Below are positions 1-9,463 of a stretch of 64,000 nt of DNA, piece by piece; the stretch's first letter is position 1, and the number at the start of each line of letters is the position of its first letter. Position numbers and translations under genes: made by a program. This DNA comes from Spirochaetales bacterium. GTDB taxonomy: Bacteria > Spirochaetota > Spirochaetia > Treponematales > Treponemataceae. The notes under the pieces were generated by a model. That model was not told the origin of the DNA. It saw only the letters and a program-made list of their open reading frames with translations, and made no database searches. The stretch is taken from contig JAQXNX010000032.1 of NCBI GenBank assembly GCA_029098225.1, forward strand, positions 256,005 through 320,004, written 5' to 3'.

Positions 1-517
1 CCACAGAAACAAATGGCTCAGGAACAATTGCATAATCAAATTTTCCAGAAAGAAGCATTGGTGCAATCTGAGCATTTGGAGTAGAAAAATCGAGTGTAAC
101 ATTTTCTATCTTTTTTTTAGAAAGAATATACTCAGTTACATATTCAGGAGTAGCTCCCTGTCCGGCACAGGCAACAGTTTTTCCGCTTAGCTCAGATAAA
201 TCAGAAAAATCTTTTTTTGTAATAAGAAATATATTTCCGTTTCCACAAACACCAAGACATATAATTGCCTGATTATTTTCTGTATAAACCTTTGCTGCAA
301 TATTCGGAGGAAGAAATCCGATTTCAGCTTCACCTTTAATAAGCTTTGGCAAAGCAATCTGAGCAGAAGCACAAATTTCATAATCAAATTCAGAGTTTTC
401 TTCCATAAGAAAGGCACAGGGAATAGAAGAAGGACCATTTAAAACTGCAACTTTCTGCGCATAGAAAGTCGAAATACATAAAAACAAATATAAAAATATA
501 CATGATTTTTTTTTCAT
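1..517 (-). CDS. ABC transporter substrate-binding protein, NitT/TauT (NMT1/SsuA-like) family; runs off the left edge
   Basis: Not in the ORF track. Hand translation from ATG at 517: MKKKSCIFLYLFLCISTFYAQKVAVLNGPSSIP...GFLPPNIAAKVY...LSGKTVACAGQGATPEYV...IVPEPF; signal peptide plus typical family motifs; frame stays open to the window edge. Confidence 0.75.
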   Translation of the reverse strand, partial: MKKKSCIFLYLFLCISTFYAQKVAVLNGPSSIPCAFLMEENSEFDYEICASAQIALPKLIKGEAEIGFLPPNIAAKVYTENNQAIICLGVCGNGNIFLITKKDFSDLSELSGKTVACAGQGATPEYVTEYILSKKKIENVTLDFSTPNAQIAPMLLSGKFDYAIVPEPFVSV

Positions 518-693
518 ATTTAAACCTGCAGAAAAAAAATGATTTATATATTACAGAACTTCTATAATATAAAATAATTCTAGCACATTTATTTTTAAAG
601 TGGTATAATTTATTTTACTTTCTTAAACAACACATGAGAAAAAGTCTTTATATTACATAATGTTTTTCAATTTTTATTTTATAGGATGCAAAT

Positions 694-2772
694 ATGGAAA
701 ACTTAAAGGCTGTAATTTCTGTAGACCCGGAAAAATGTGTGAACTGTCATCGTTGTATAGCAGTTTGCCCTTCTAAATTTTGTAATGACGCTTCAGGTTC
801 ATTTGTTAAAGTAAATTCCGAAATATGTGTTGGTTGTGGACGATGTATTGCAGCTTGTGATCATGGAGCAAGAAAAGGACTTGATGACTTTGAAGAATTT
901 ATGAATGCGCTAAAGCATCATGAAGATGTACTTGCTATTGTTGCACCGGCAGCTGCTGCTAATTTCCGTGGCAAAGATCTTGAATTAAACGGCTGGCTTA
1001 AATCAATTGGTGTAAAAGCAGTTTTTGATGTTTCTTTTGGAGCTGAACTTACAACTAAATCTTATGTTGAATTTTTAAAGCATAATAAGCCTGAACTGGT
1101 AATAAGCCAGCCATGTCCTGCACTTGTAAGCTGGATTGAACTTTATAAACCAGATTTAATTCCTTACCTTTCTCCTGCAGATTCTCCAATGGCGCACACC
1201 TTTGCATTAATAAAAAATTTTTATCCAAAATATAAGAATTATAAAATGGCAGCAATTTCTCCATGTTATGCAAAACGTCATGAATTTGATGAAAACGGAC
1301 TTGGAGATTTTAATGTTACAATGGCTTCAATCAGTTCTTATCTGGAAGCAAATAACATTAATCTAGACAGTTTCCCAAAAACTACATACGACAATCCTCC
1401 GGCAGAACGTGCTGTGCTTTATTCAACTCCTGGTGGTCTTTTACGTACAGCAGAACGTTTTGTTCCTGGAATAAGTGCTAAAACAAGAAAAATTGAAGGT
1501 CAGCCGACAATGACCGAATATTTTAAGGAATTGTCTGAATCTCTTGCAAAGGGCAAAAAATGCAACTATCAGCTTGTAGACTGTTTAAATTGTGAACGAG
1601 GCTGTAATTGCGGAGCCGGTACTGTGAATCAAAAAGTTCCTCTTGATGAACTTGAAAATTATATTGAAAAGCGCAGTGAAGCACGAAAAAAGCAGTTAAA
1701 AACAAAAACTCTTTTTGGAAAAAGAAAACTCGAAAAATCAATAAATAAATACTGGAAGAGTGATATTTACACTCGCGAATATACAAACCGAAGTTCGACC
1801 TTCAGTTCTAATATCAGAATACCGGATAAAGAAGAATTACAGAATATTTATCTTATAATGGGTAAAACAAAAAAATCTGATTTTCTTAACTGCGGTGCCT
1901 GCGGATATTCCTCTTGTGAAGAAATGGCAATTGCCATTTTTAATGGAATTAATAAATACGAAAACTGTCACCATTATTTATTAAATGAAAATGTCAGAAA
2001 GCATGAAAAAGAATTAAAAGAAAAGCTTCAGACTTCTGTAAAACACATTACAGACACAAGTGTAAATGAACTTAAAAATTCTCAGGTAAATGTTCAGTCG
2101 CTTGTTCTTAATACAGAAAATATGAACAATGCAGTTTCCAGTTCTTCCGAAGCTGTAAACCTTATGGTAGAAAAAATTAACGCAATCAATACAATTCTGG
2201 AAACAAATGCAGTTGCTGTAGAAGCTTTAGGAAATGCAACTACCGTTGGTAAAACAAACCTTGCAGATGTTTCTGTGCTTGTTTCAGAAATTGAACATAA
2301 TTCTGCCGGCCTTGTAGAAATGAGCCATGTTATTCAGCAAATTGCAAGCCAGACCAACCTCCTTGCAATGAATGCAGCCATTGAAGCCGCCCACGCTGGA
2401 GAATTTGGAAAAGGCTTTGCAGTTGTTGCAGGCGAAATCCGTAAGCTTGCCGAAGATTCAAGTAATCAGGCAAAAAGCATTAATGACGTACTAAATAAAA
2501 TCAAGCAGCTTATTGATAATGCTTATGGAAAAACTGTAAATACTCAAAAAGAATTTGAAAATATTGTAGAATTAACATCGCAGGTAAAAGAACAGGAACT
2601 TCAGGTAAAAGAAGCGGTTTCTCAGGAAAGTTCGAGTGGAGAACAATTAATTGAAGCTATAAAAAATCTACAGGAATCTGAAGAATCCGTAAATTCTGTA
2701 GCTCAAAAATTAAAAACCGAAACCCAGGATGTAATGCTTGCAATTCAAAAATTAGGCAATAATGAGGAGTAA
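694..2772 (+). CDS. [FeFe]-hydrogenase-like sensor fused to an MCP signalling domain (group C, chemotaxis-linked type)
   Basis: N-terminal 2x[4Fe-4S] motifs ([23 protein letters not shown]); H-cluster-like motifs [29 protein letters not shown]; extra FeS motif CGACGYSSC...C; MCP hairpin [38 protein letters not shown]; no transmembrane segment. Confidence 0.88.
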   Translation: MENLKAVISVDPEKCVNCHRCIAVCPSKFCNDASGSFVKVNSEICVGCGRCIAACDHGARKGLDDFEEFMNALKHHEDVLAIVAPAAAANFRGKDLELNGWLKSIGVKAVFDVSFGAELTTKSYVEFLKHNKPELVISQPCPALVSWIELYKPDLIPYLSPADSPMAHTFALIKNFYPKYKNYKMAAISPCYAKRHEFDENGLGDFNVTMASISSYLEANNINLDSFPKTTYDNPPAERAVLYSTPGGLLRTAERFVPGISAKTRKIEGQPTMTEYFKELSESLAKGKKCNYQLVDCLNCERGCNCGAGTVNQKVPLDELENYIEKRSEARKKQLKTKTLFGKRKLEKSINKYWKSDIYTREYTNRSSTFSSNIRIPDKEELQNIYLIMGKTKKSDFLNCGACGYSSCEEMAIAIFNGINKYENCHHYLLNENVRKHEKELKEKLQTSVKHITDTSVNELKNSQVNVQSLVLNTENMNNAVSSSSEAVNLMVEKINAINTILETNAVAVEALGNATTVGKTNLADVSVLVSEIEHNSAGLVEMSHVIQQIASQTNLLAMNAAIEAAHAGEFGKGFAVVAGEIRKLAEDSSNQAKSINDVLNKIKQLIDNAYGKTVNTQKEFENIVELTSQVKEQELQVKEAVSQESSSGEQLIEAIKNLQESEESVNSVAQKLKTETQDVMLAIQKLGNNEE

Positions 2773-2775
2773 TAA

Positions 2776-5022
2776 ATGCAGCCAATTTCATTTAATAAAG
2801 ATTTTCAAACTTTTCGTATAGACACGCCTTCTTCTACTTATGGAATTTCTCTAGTTAATGCGGGCGGAGAAGCTAACGGAAAATATATAGTTCATTCATA
2901 TTATGGTTCTAAGCTTGGTGATGATGATTTTACCTATCTTAGCCGTCCAAAAGAATATTGGTTTGCTGATTCTACAGTTTATAGAGAAAAACATTCTTTT
3001 CTTGATTATATTCCACAGGAAATGCCAACAGATGGAGTTGGAGATTTCAGGGAATCAGCTCTGGCTGTTACAGATAAAAACGGTTGCAACGCTATTGAAC
3101 TCAAATATAAATCACACAAAATTCTACAGGGAACAGAAGCACTTCCGGGACTTCCAGCTGTTTTTGGCACAAAAGAAAATGCTTTTCGTCTGGAAATTAC
3201 CGCAATTGATGAAGTTTTAAATGTAGAAGTTACTCTAATTTATACTGTTTTTGAAAATCTTGATGCCATTATCCGTTCAACACGTATAGAAAACAAAAGC
3301 CAGAATGCAGTTTATTTAAAAAAAGCGCTTTCTGCTGCTTTTGATATTGATGACAATAATTTTGACGTAATTACTCTGCATGGTTCCTGGGCAAGAGAAC
3401 GCCACATTGAACGCCATCCTGTCCACAATGGAAAACAGGGAGTATGTTCAATGAGGGGAGAAACAAGCCATCAGGAGCATCCTTTTATTGCTTTACTTGA
3501 TCATAATACTGATTATAATAGCGGACGTGTATGGGGAATAAATTTTATTTATTCCGGAAATTTTATTGCCGACGTTCAAAAAAATCAGTTTGATTCAATC
3601 CGAATTTTAATGGGAATAAATCCAGATAATTTCTGCTGGAAGCTGAATCCTGGAGAAGCTTTCAACACACCTCAGGCAGTTCTTGTTTTTTCCGATAAAG
3701 GCTTAAATGCTATGAGCCAGACTTTTCATAATCTGTATCGTGAACATCTAATACGTTCGCCTTACAAAAATTCTCCGCGTCCAATTCTAATTAATAACTG
3801 GGAAGCAACCTATTTTGATTTTAATACAGAAAAACTTCTTGATATTGCAAGAGAAGCTAAAAAAGACGGAATAGAAATGCTTGTCATGGATGACGGCTGG
3901 TTTGGAAAACGAAATTCAGATAATAACAGTCTTGGAGACTGGATTGTTAATGAAGAAAAAATAAAGGGTGGATTAAAACATCTTGTAGATGAGGTAAATA
4001 AAATAGGACTTAAATTTGGAATCTGGTTTGAACCGGAAATGATTTCTCCAGATTCAAATTTATATCGTACTCATCCGGATTGGGCAATTCAAATTCCTGG
4101 AAGAATTCCGGGAATGAGCCGTGAACAGCTTGTACTTGACATTACGCGAAAAAATGTCCGCGATTATGCTTACGAAAGCATTGCAAAAATTCTTCGCTCT
4201 GCAAATATTGAATATGTAAAATGGGATATGAATCGTCAGCTTTCAGATATAGGTTCACCTGACCTCTCTGACGACAGAACTGGTGAATTTTACCATCGTT
4301 ACGTGCTTGCATTATATGAAATGCAGGAACGCCTTATTAAAGACTTTCCAAAACTTCTTTTGGAAAACTGTTCAGGTGGAGGAGCAAGATTTGATCCGGG
4401 AATGTTCTATTACAGTCCGCAAATCTGGTGCAGTGATGACACAGATGCTTATGAACGTCTTGCAATTCAAGAGGGAACCGCTCTAATTTATCCTTTATCC
4501 ACAATGGGTGCACATGTTTCTGTATGCCCTAATCATGCAGTGGGTAGAGTAACTCCATTTAAAACCCGCGGTTATGTAGCATTAAGCGGAACTTTTGGCT
4601 ATGAGCTTGATATTACTAAACTTTCACAGGAAGATCGTTCATTAATTCCTCATCAGATAGAACTATATAAAAAATATGGGGATCTGATCAGAAACGGTGA
4701 TTACCAGCGAATATTAAGCTGTTCAAACAGGATGCCCCCGGGAGACACTGATGCTGACTGCTGGGCTTGTGTTTCTAAAGATAAATCAAAAGCCCTGATA
4801 ACTTTTGTTCAGGTTTTAAATCATCCAAATTATAAAAGCCGTTTTATTAAAGTAACAGGCTTAATTCAGGAAGCAAGTTACCGCATAACATTCCCGGATG
4901 AAGACCAGAAGGACTTCCCGGAACAGATTTTAAGCGGAAGAACACTGGAAAATGCAGGTTTTTCAATAAAGCGCGACTGGGGCGATTTTCAGGGAAAACT
5001 TATCTATATAGAACAAATCTAA
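2776..5022 (+). CDS. alpha-galactosidase, GH36
   Basis: Motifs NNWEATYFDF, VMDDGWFG, FGIWFEPEM, YVKWDMNR, ENCSGGGARFD, WCSDDTD. Confidence 0.95.
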   Translation: MQPISFNKDFQTFRIDTPSSTYGISLVNAGGEANGKYIVHSYYGSKLGDDDFTYLSRPKEYWFADSTVYREKHSFLDYIPQEMPTDGVGDFRESALAVTDKNGCNAIELKYKSHKILQGTEALPGLPAVFGTKENAFRLEITAIDEVLNVEVTLIYTVFENLDAIIRSTRIENKSQNAVYLKKALSAAFDIDDNNFDVITLHGSWARERHIERHPVHNGKQGVCSMRGETSHQEHPFIALLDHNTDYNSGRVWGINFIYSGNFIADVQKNQFDSIRILMGINPDNFCWKLNPGEAFNTPQAVLVFSDKGLNAMSQTFHNLYREHLIRSPYKNSPRPILINNWEATYFDFNTEKLLDIAREAKKDGIEMLVMDDGWFGKRNSDNNSLGDWIVNEEKIKGGLKHLVDEVNKIGLKFGIWFEPEMISPDSNLYRTHPDWAIQIPGRIPGMSREQLVLDITRKNVRDYAYESIAKILRSANIEYVKWDMNRQLSDIGSPDLSDDRTGEFYHRYVLALYEMQERLIKDFPKLLLENCSGGGARFDPGMFYYSPQIWCSDDTDAYERLAIQEGTALIYPLSTMGAHVSVCPNHAVGRVTPFKTRGYVALSGTFGYELDITKLSQEDRSLIPHQIELYKKYGDLIRNGDYQRILSCSNRMPPGDTDADCWACVSKDKSKALITFVQVLNHPNYKSRFIKVTGLIQEASYRITFPDEDQKDFPEQILSGRTLENAGFSIKRDWGDFQGKLIYIEQI

Positions 5023-5178
5023 TAGATTAAATAATCAGAGAGAGCCTTATAATAAAAAATTCAAATTCTATAGAGTTTTATACTTTACTAATTTTTTGAG
5101 TTTTTTATAATAAATGAAATGTTCGCATTGGCTTAAAGTAGTTTTCTATTTATGCCGAAAAAGACAAAAGGAGTATTT

Positions 5179-7254
5179 ATGTCTGAATCTGAAACTAACA
5201 AAATGAAAAAGAAGACTCTTTATGTTACTTTAATTGTTCCGGCACTTATTGTTTCTATAATTGGTACAGTTGTAATTCGGCTGGCTCTCTCGCAAGGCAC
5301 TCAGTCAATTATGACAGAAATAGAACGTGAAACTGTTTCTAAAATGCCTGAACTGATGTTCAATGTAATAGAGGAAGAAAAAGACAACTTATTGGGAATT
5401 GCAGAATTTTTAAATGACGAAAATTCTGCTATAGATCTTCAAAATATTGAAAATTCAATTGATCTTAACAGGATTATAAATGAATTTAAATTATTCAATG
5501 CGCTTTATGTTACACCAAGAGGACAGACAATTAAATCATATATAAGCACAGTTATTACCACAAATGCAGAGCGAATGGCTATTGATGCCGCTCTTTCCGG
5601 AAAACCGAAGGTATATGTTTCTGTAAAAGGAAAGGAAGTCCTTGCAGTCTCTGCTACAAAAATGGGAGAAAATGTTCTGGTTCTGGAAAAAGAGCTTTCT
5701 AATACACAGTTTCTTGAACTCCATGCTTCAGAAATGGATGTGGTAATGACAATCTTTGTAGATGATATCCGCGCCTCTACAACTATTAAAGACGCAAATG
5801 GAAATTATCTGGTAGGAACTCTTCTTAATAATGAAGTAATTTATGAACAGGTTTATTCAAAGGGAATTCCTTATAATGGAAACAACATAATACAGGGAAT
5901 TCCATATGTTACAATTTACGCTCCGTTAGCCAACGACGATGACGCTAAAACAATGATTTTTATGGGTATTTCTGTTGGTCATATCAAAGATATATCAAAC
6001 AGAATTGCCAGACAGTCACTTATTTTTATCCTTTTAACAATTTACCTAATTATTTCATTAATAATTGTTGTTATAGCCGCGACAATTATGCGTCCATTAA
6101 AGAAAAACGTAATAGCATTCGGTTCATTAAATGGAAATTCCGGAATTGCAGATATGACAATCCGAATTCCAATAAAGACAAATAACGAAATTGGTTCTAT
6201 GGGAACAGAAATCAATAAGTTCGTTGCAACACAGCAGGATCTTTTGAATAATGTAAAAGAAGCCAGCGATTCTCTGCAGGAAGTTGGTTTAAGTCTTGCC
6301 TCTTCTTCACAGCAGTCCGCAAGTGCCGTTTCTCAAATTATGGCAAATATCGAAAGTGTTAAGCATTCTACAGAAAAGCAGTCACAGGCTTTATACGAAG
6401 TAGAAAATGAACTCAACAAAAACATTTCTGGAATAAGTCATCTTGATGGCCTTATAGAAAATCAATCAGCTGGAATTGTTGAATCTTCTGCAGCAATTGA
6501 AGAAATGATTGGAAATATTGATTCAGTAACACGTTCAATTAATAAAATGGCAGAAGAATTTAAAACTCTTATATCCATTACAGAAGACGGCAAATCAAGA
6601 CAAAATGATGTATCTGTTCAGGTTACAAACATGGCAGAACAATCTAAAAAGCTTGCAGATGCAAACAACGCTATCTCGCAGATTGCATCCCAGACAAACC
6701 TTCTTGCTATGAACGCTGCAATTGAAGCTGCTCACGCCGGAGAAGCCGGAAAAGGTTTTGCCGTTGTAGCAGATGAAATCCGTAAGCTTGCAGAAGATTC
6801 TTCTAAGCAATCAAAAGTAATTAAAGAAAATATTACAGATATTACAAAGAGTATTTCCGGCGTAGTTGAATCTTCAGAGCTTTCTGTAAGAGGCTTTGAA
6901 CAAATTACAGATAAAGTAAGTTCTACAGACGAGCTTGTAAAACAGATTGATAATGCTATGGAAGAGCAGCAGGAAGCTTCTAAGCAGGTTCTTGTTGCCC
7001 TCCACGAAGTTACAGATTCTACGGCTCAGGTTCAGTCTACTTCAAAAGATATTTCGAATGGAGTTCAGCTTGTAAAAACTGCTACAGATAATCTTTCTCA
7101 AATTACAGAAATGGTTTCTGGAAGCATGGACGAAATGGCTGCCGGAGTTACAGAGATTAATTCTTCTACGCAGAATGTTTCTGATCAGGCTACTACAACA
7201 AAGGAAAATATTGATATTCTTCACGGAATTATCAGTAAGTTTAAACTTGAATAG
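5179..7254 (+). CDS. methyl-accepting chemotaxis protein (TM - Cache-like sensor - TM - HAMP - signalling)
   Basis: Two hydrophobic segments, HAMP-like [17 protein letters not shown] core [35 protein letters not shown]; AGGAG SD precedes ATG 5179 (ORF track starts 5152). Confidence 0.92.
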   Translation: MSESETNKMKKKTLYVTLIVPALIVSIIGTVVIRLALSQGTQSIMTEIERETVSKMPELMFNVIEEEKDNLLGIAEFLNDENSAIDLQNIENSIDLNRIINEFKLFNALYVTPRGQTIKSYISTVITTNAERMAIDAALSGKPKVYVSVKGKEVLAVSATKMGENVLVLEKELSNTQFLELHASEMDVVMTIFVDDIRASTTIKDANGNYLVGTLLNNEVIYEQVYSKGIPYNGNNIIQGIPYVTIYAPLANDDDAKTMIFMGISVGHIKDISNRIARQSLIFILLTIYLIISLIIVVIAATIMRPLKKNVIAFGSLNGNSGIADMTIRIPIKTNNEIGSMGTEINKFVATQQDLLNNVKEASDSLQEVGLSLASSSQQSASAVSQIMANIESVKHSTEKQSQALYEVENELNKNISGISHLDGLIENQSAGIVESSAAIEEMIGNIDSVTRSINKMAEEFKTLISITEDGKSRQNDVSVQVTNMAEQSKKLADANNAISQIASQTNLLAMNAAIEAAHAGEAGKGFAVVADEIRKLAEDSSKQSKVIKENITDITKSISGVVESSELSVRGFEQITDKVSSTDELVKQIDNAMEEQQEASKQVLVALHEVTDSTAQVQSTSKDISNGVQLVKTATDNLSQITEMVSGSMDEMAAGVTEINSSTQNVSDQATTTKENIDILHGIISKFKLE

Positions 7255-7258
7255 ATTC

Positions 7259-7870
7259 TTATACCAGCTGATTTTCAGCGTTATGAATCTGTTTTAAAGT
7301 GAATCCGGATTTAATTAATGCGGCGATTAGTTTATCGCCGCTTTTTTTATTTTTTACAGCTTTAGTATAAGCTTTAAGACAAATTTCATCTTCATCATTT
7401 TCTGTAAAAAATTCCTGCAATGCATTCTGTGCAGTCTCGCGAGAAATTCCCCTTGAAAGAAGCTCTGAAAGTAATCTTGTATGACCTTCATAATGATTTA
7501 TTTTTCTTGTATTAAGCCAGGCTCTTGCATAACGTTCATCACTTAAATAATTTGCCTGCTCAAGATAATCAAGGGCATTTTTGATATATACATCATTATA
7601 ATTTTTTTGTTTAAGCTTTCGGGTTAAGCCAAATCTACTCTGCTCTGCCCTTGCAAGATATTCCACAGCTTTTAATTCAACAACACAACAAAGCCCTGCA
7701 TCCAATAGCTCTTCATGCTGTTCTTCAGAAAGTTCATAACCTTCGCAAAGCTCTTCAAAATTTACAGAACAAAGATAATCTTTACGGATAAAAAAAACAG
7801 AACCAGTTTTTTCCAGAGTAATACGATACATTCCTTTATAGGAAGTTTCTTCTAAAGAAATAATTGTCAT
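7259..7870 (-). CDS. recX: regulatory protein RecX
   Basis: AVEYLARAEQSRFGLTRKLKQK, YLSDERYARAW, ELLSRGIS: RecX repeat pattern. Confidence 0.85.
   Translation of the reverse strand: MTIISLEETSYKGMYRITLEKTGSVFFIRKDYLCSVNFEELCEGYELSEEQHEELLDAGLCCVVELKAVEYLARAEQSRFGLTRKLKQKNYNDVYIKNALDYLEQANYLSDERYARAWLNTRKINHYEGHTRLLSELLSRGISRETAQNALQEFFTENDEDEICLKAYTKAVKNKKSGDKLIAALIKSGFTLKQIHNAENQLV
7320..7348 (+). terminator. intrinsic terminator for the MCP gene, embedded antisense in recX
   Basis: GCGGCGAT-tagttt-ATCGCCGC followed by T7. Confidence 0.6.
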
Positions 7871-7945
7871 TCAATTTTCTCCCAAATTTTGCATACTCCA
7901 GACACGCAGCCTGCTTTATAAATTCATGCGCAAAAAAAAGTGCTC

Positions 7946-7976
7946 AAAAAAAAAGACGGTGTAACCCACCGTCTTT
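7946..7976 (-). terminator. intrinsic terminator of rplM-rpsI
   Basis: Stem AAAGACGGT/ACCGTCTTT with a T-run on the minus strand, about 40 nt after the rpsI stop. Confidence 0.8.
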
Positions 7977-8017
7977 CTGAACAAAACAGGAAGTGGAAAA
8001 CCACAACCTGAAATAAA

Positions 8018-8410
8018 TTAACGTTTAGAGAACTGGAATCTTCTACGAGCACCCTTCTGTCCGTACTTCTTACGTTCAACCATACGAGAGTCACGAGTAA
8101 GATATCCGTTAGCTTTAAGAGCTGTTCTTGCATCCTGATCAATCTGAATAAGAGCACGTGAAATTCCGTGAAGACAAGCAGCAGCCTGTCCGTTCATTCC
8201 GCCACCCTGAACGTTAATCAAGATATCATATTTGTTACCCATAGAAGTAACTAAAAGTGGCTGCTGAACAACCTGCACCTGCTGAGCAGTTGCAAAATAA
8301 TCATTAACATCTTTACCGTTTACTACAATTTTTCCTGAGCCGTCGCGAACAAAAACTCGGGCTACAGCTGTCTTTCTTCTTCCTGTACCAATAGCAATAT
8401 TCTTTACCAT
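8018..8410 (-). CDS. rpsI: 30S ribosomal protein S9
   Basis: GTGRRKTAVARV, LTRDSRMVERKKYGQKGARRRFQFSKR. Confidence 0.99.
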   Translation of the reverse strand: MVKNIAIGTGRRKTAVARVFVRDGSGKIVVNGKDVNDYFATAQQVQVVQQPLLVTSMGNKYDILINVQGGGMNGQAAACLHGISRALIQIDQDARTALKANGYLTRDSRMVERKKYGQKGARRRFQFSKR

Positions 8411-8426
8411 TTCCTAACTCCCAAAA

Positions 8427-8855
8427 TTAAAGTTCAACTGGCTGTGGATTCTGTGCTGCGTGAGGATGTTCTGCACCAGCATAAATCTTTACATTGTTAA
8501 TCATCTTGCGGCCAAGTCTTCCGTGTGGAAGCATTCCTTCTACAGCAATCTGCATTGGATCCGTAGGATGCTTTTCCAAAAGCTTTTCATAAGTGTGAGC
8601 TTTAAGTCCACCTACAAAACCTGTGTGATGATAATAAATTTTCTTCTGTTCTTTTCCACCAGTTACAATTGCTTTATCAGCGTTGATAATTACAACAAAA
8701 TCACCCATCAACTGGTTTCTTGTGAAAGTAGCCTTATTTTTACCGCGTGCAATATAAGCAGCCTTTGCAGCAACACGTCCGAGCGGTTTTCCTTCTGCAT
8801 CAATAATGTACCATTTACGAGCCTGGTCACATTCATTTACAAAAATAGTTTCCAT
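8427..8855 (-). CDS. rplM: 50S ribosomal protein L13
   Basis: WYIIDAEGKPLGRVA, GMLPHGRLG, YAGAEHPHAAQNP. Confidence 0.99.
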   Translation of the reverse strand: METIFVNECDQARKWYIIDAEGKPLGRVAAKAAYIARGKNKATFTRNQLMGDFVVIINADKAIVTGGKEQKKIYYHHTGFVGGLKAHTYEKLLEKHPTDPMQIAVEGMLPHGRLGRKMINNVKIYAGAEHPHAAQNPQPVEL

Positions 8856-8966
8856 GATATACCTTACTTATAATAAAAGTTTATCTGCAGTTACAAATAC
8901 TTGCATCTTATCTGAAACTGCCAAGGATTAATGATGAGCAGTCAAAAATCCTATAACGGGTAGAGT

Positions 8967-8996
8967 ATAATACCAAAAAAACCGTTTTTGTGTCAA
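8967..8996 (-). promoter_or_regulatory. sigma70-type promoter of rplM-rpsI
   Basis: Minus strand TTGACA (8996-8991), 18 nt, TATTAT (8972-8967). Confidence 0.65.
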
Positions 8997-9016
8997 TATA
9001 TGCGTTTTTCTATTTT

Positions 9017-9241
9017 TTATTCTTCTTTTTTACTTTCTGCTTCTTCTTTTTCTGATTCTTTTTTATCTTTTATATCTGCAGCACCAATAAAAAGACAAAT
9101 AAGTCCTACAAAAGCTGCAAATACAGGAAGACATCCTTTTAAAAACGAAATAACATCCGGTCCCCAGGCAAGAGGTCCCATTGGAAGAACAGAGAAAACA
9201 GTAAAAGCAATAAAAATCAATCCAAGAATTATAGAAATCAT
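9017..9241 (-). CDS. small two-TM membrane protein with charged C-terminal tail, function unknown
   Basis: Two hydrophobic helices, K/E-rich tail; GAGGAG SD precedes ATG 9241 (ORF track starts 9259). Confidence 0.7.
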   Translation of the reverse strand: MISIILGLIFIAFTVFSVLPMGPLAWGPDVISFLKGCLPVFAAFVGLICLFIGAADIKDKKESEKEEAESKKEE

Positions 9242-9327
9242 GACAATTCTCCTCGTCAAAAATCGTTCCTTTGATTATAGCTTATACATAAAAAAAATGC
9301 AAAATAATAAAAACTCATTTTTATGAC

Positions 9328-9428
9328 AGGGCGTACCCCTGCTTTCGCAGGGTCGGGTGTTCCGCACTTCGCCTGCAGGCTCATCCCGCTTAAAAGCGGG
9401 ACTAAAGGTGCTCCATACCCTTACGCGG
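9328..9428 (+). ncRNA. structured intergenic element, Flavo-1-like RNA/repeat (copy 1)
   Basis: GC-rich multi-stem element GGGCGTA...GGGTCGGG...CCATACCCTTACGCG; aligns with 60813-60926 with compensatory changes; family name is from recalled consensus, not a covariance search. Confidence 0.55.
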
Positions 9429-9463
9429 TTGAAAAAAAAAATATTTCAGTTATAATAAATTTT

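Noticed and set aside
187-438. 83-aa ORF in the track
   Set aside because: Wrong frame; the real gene is the substrate-binding protein starting at 517 on the same strand.
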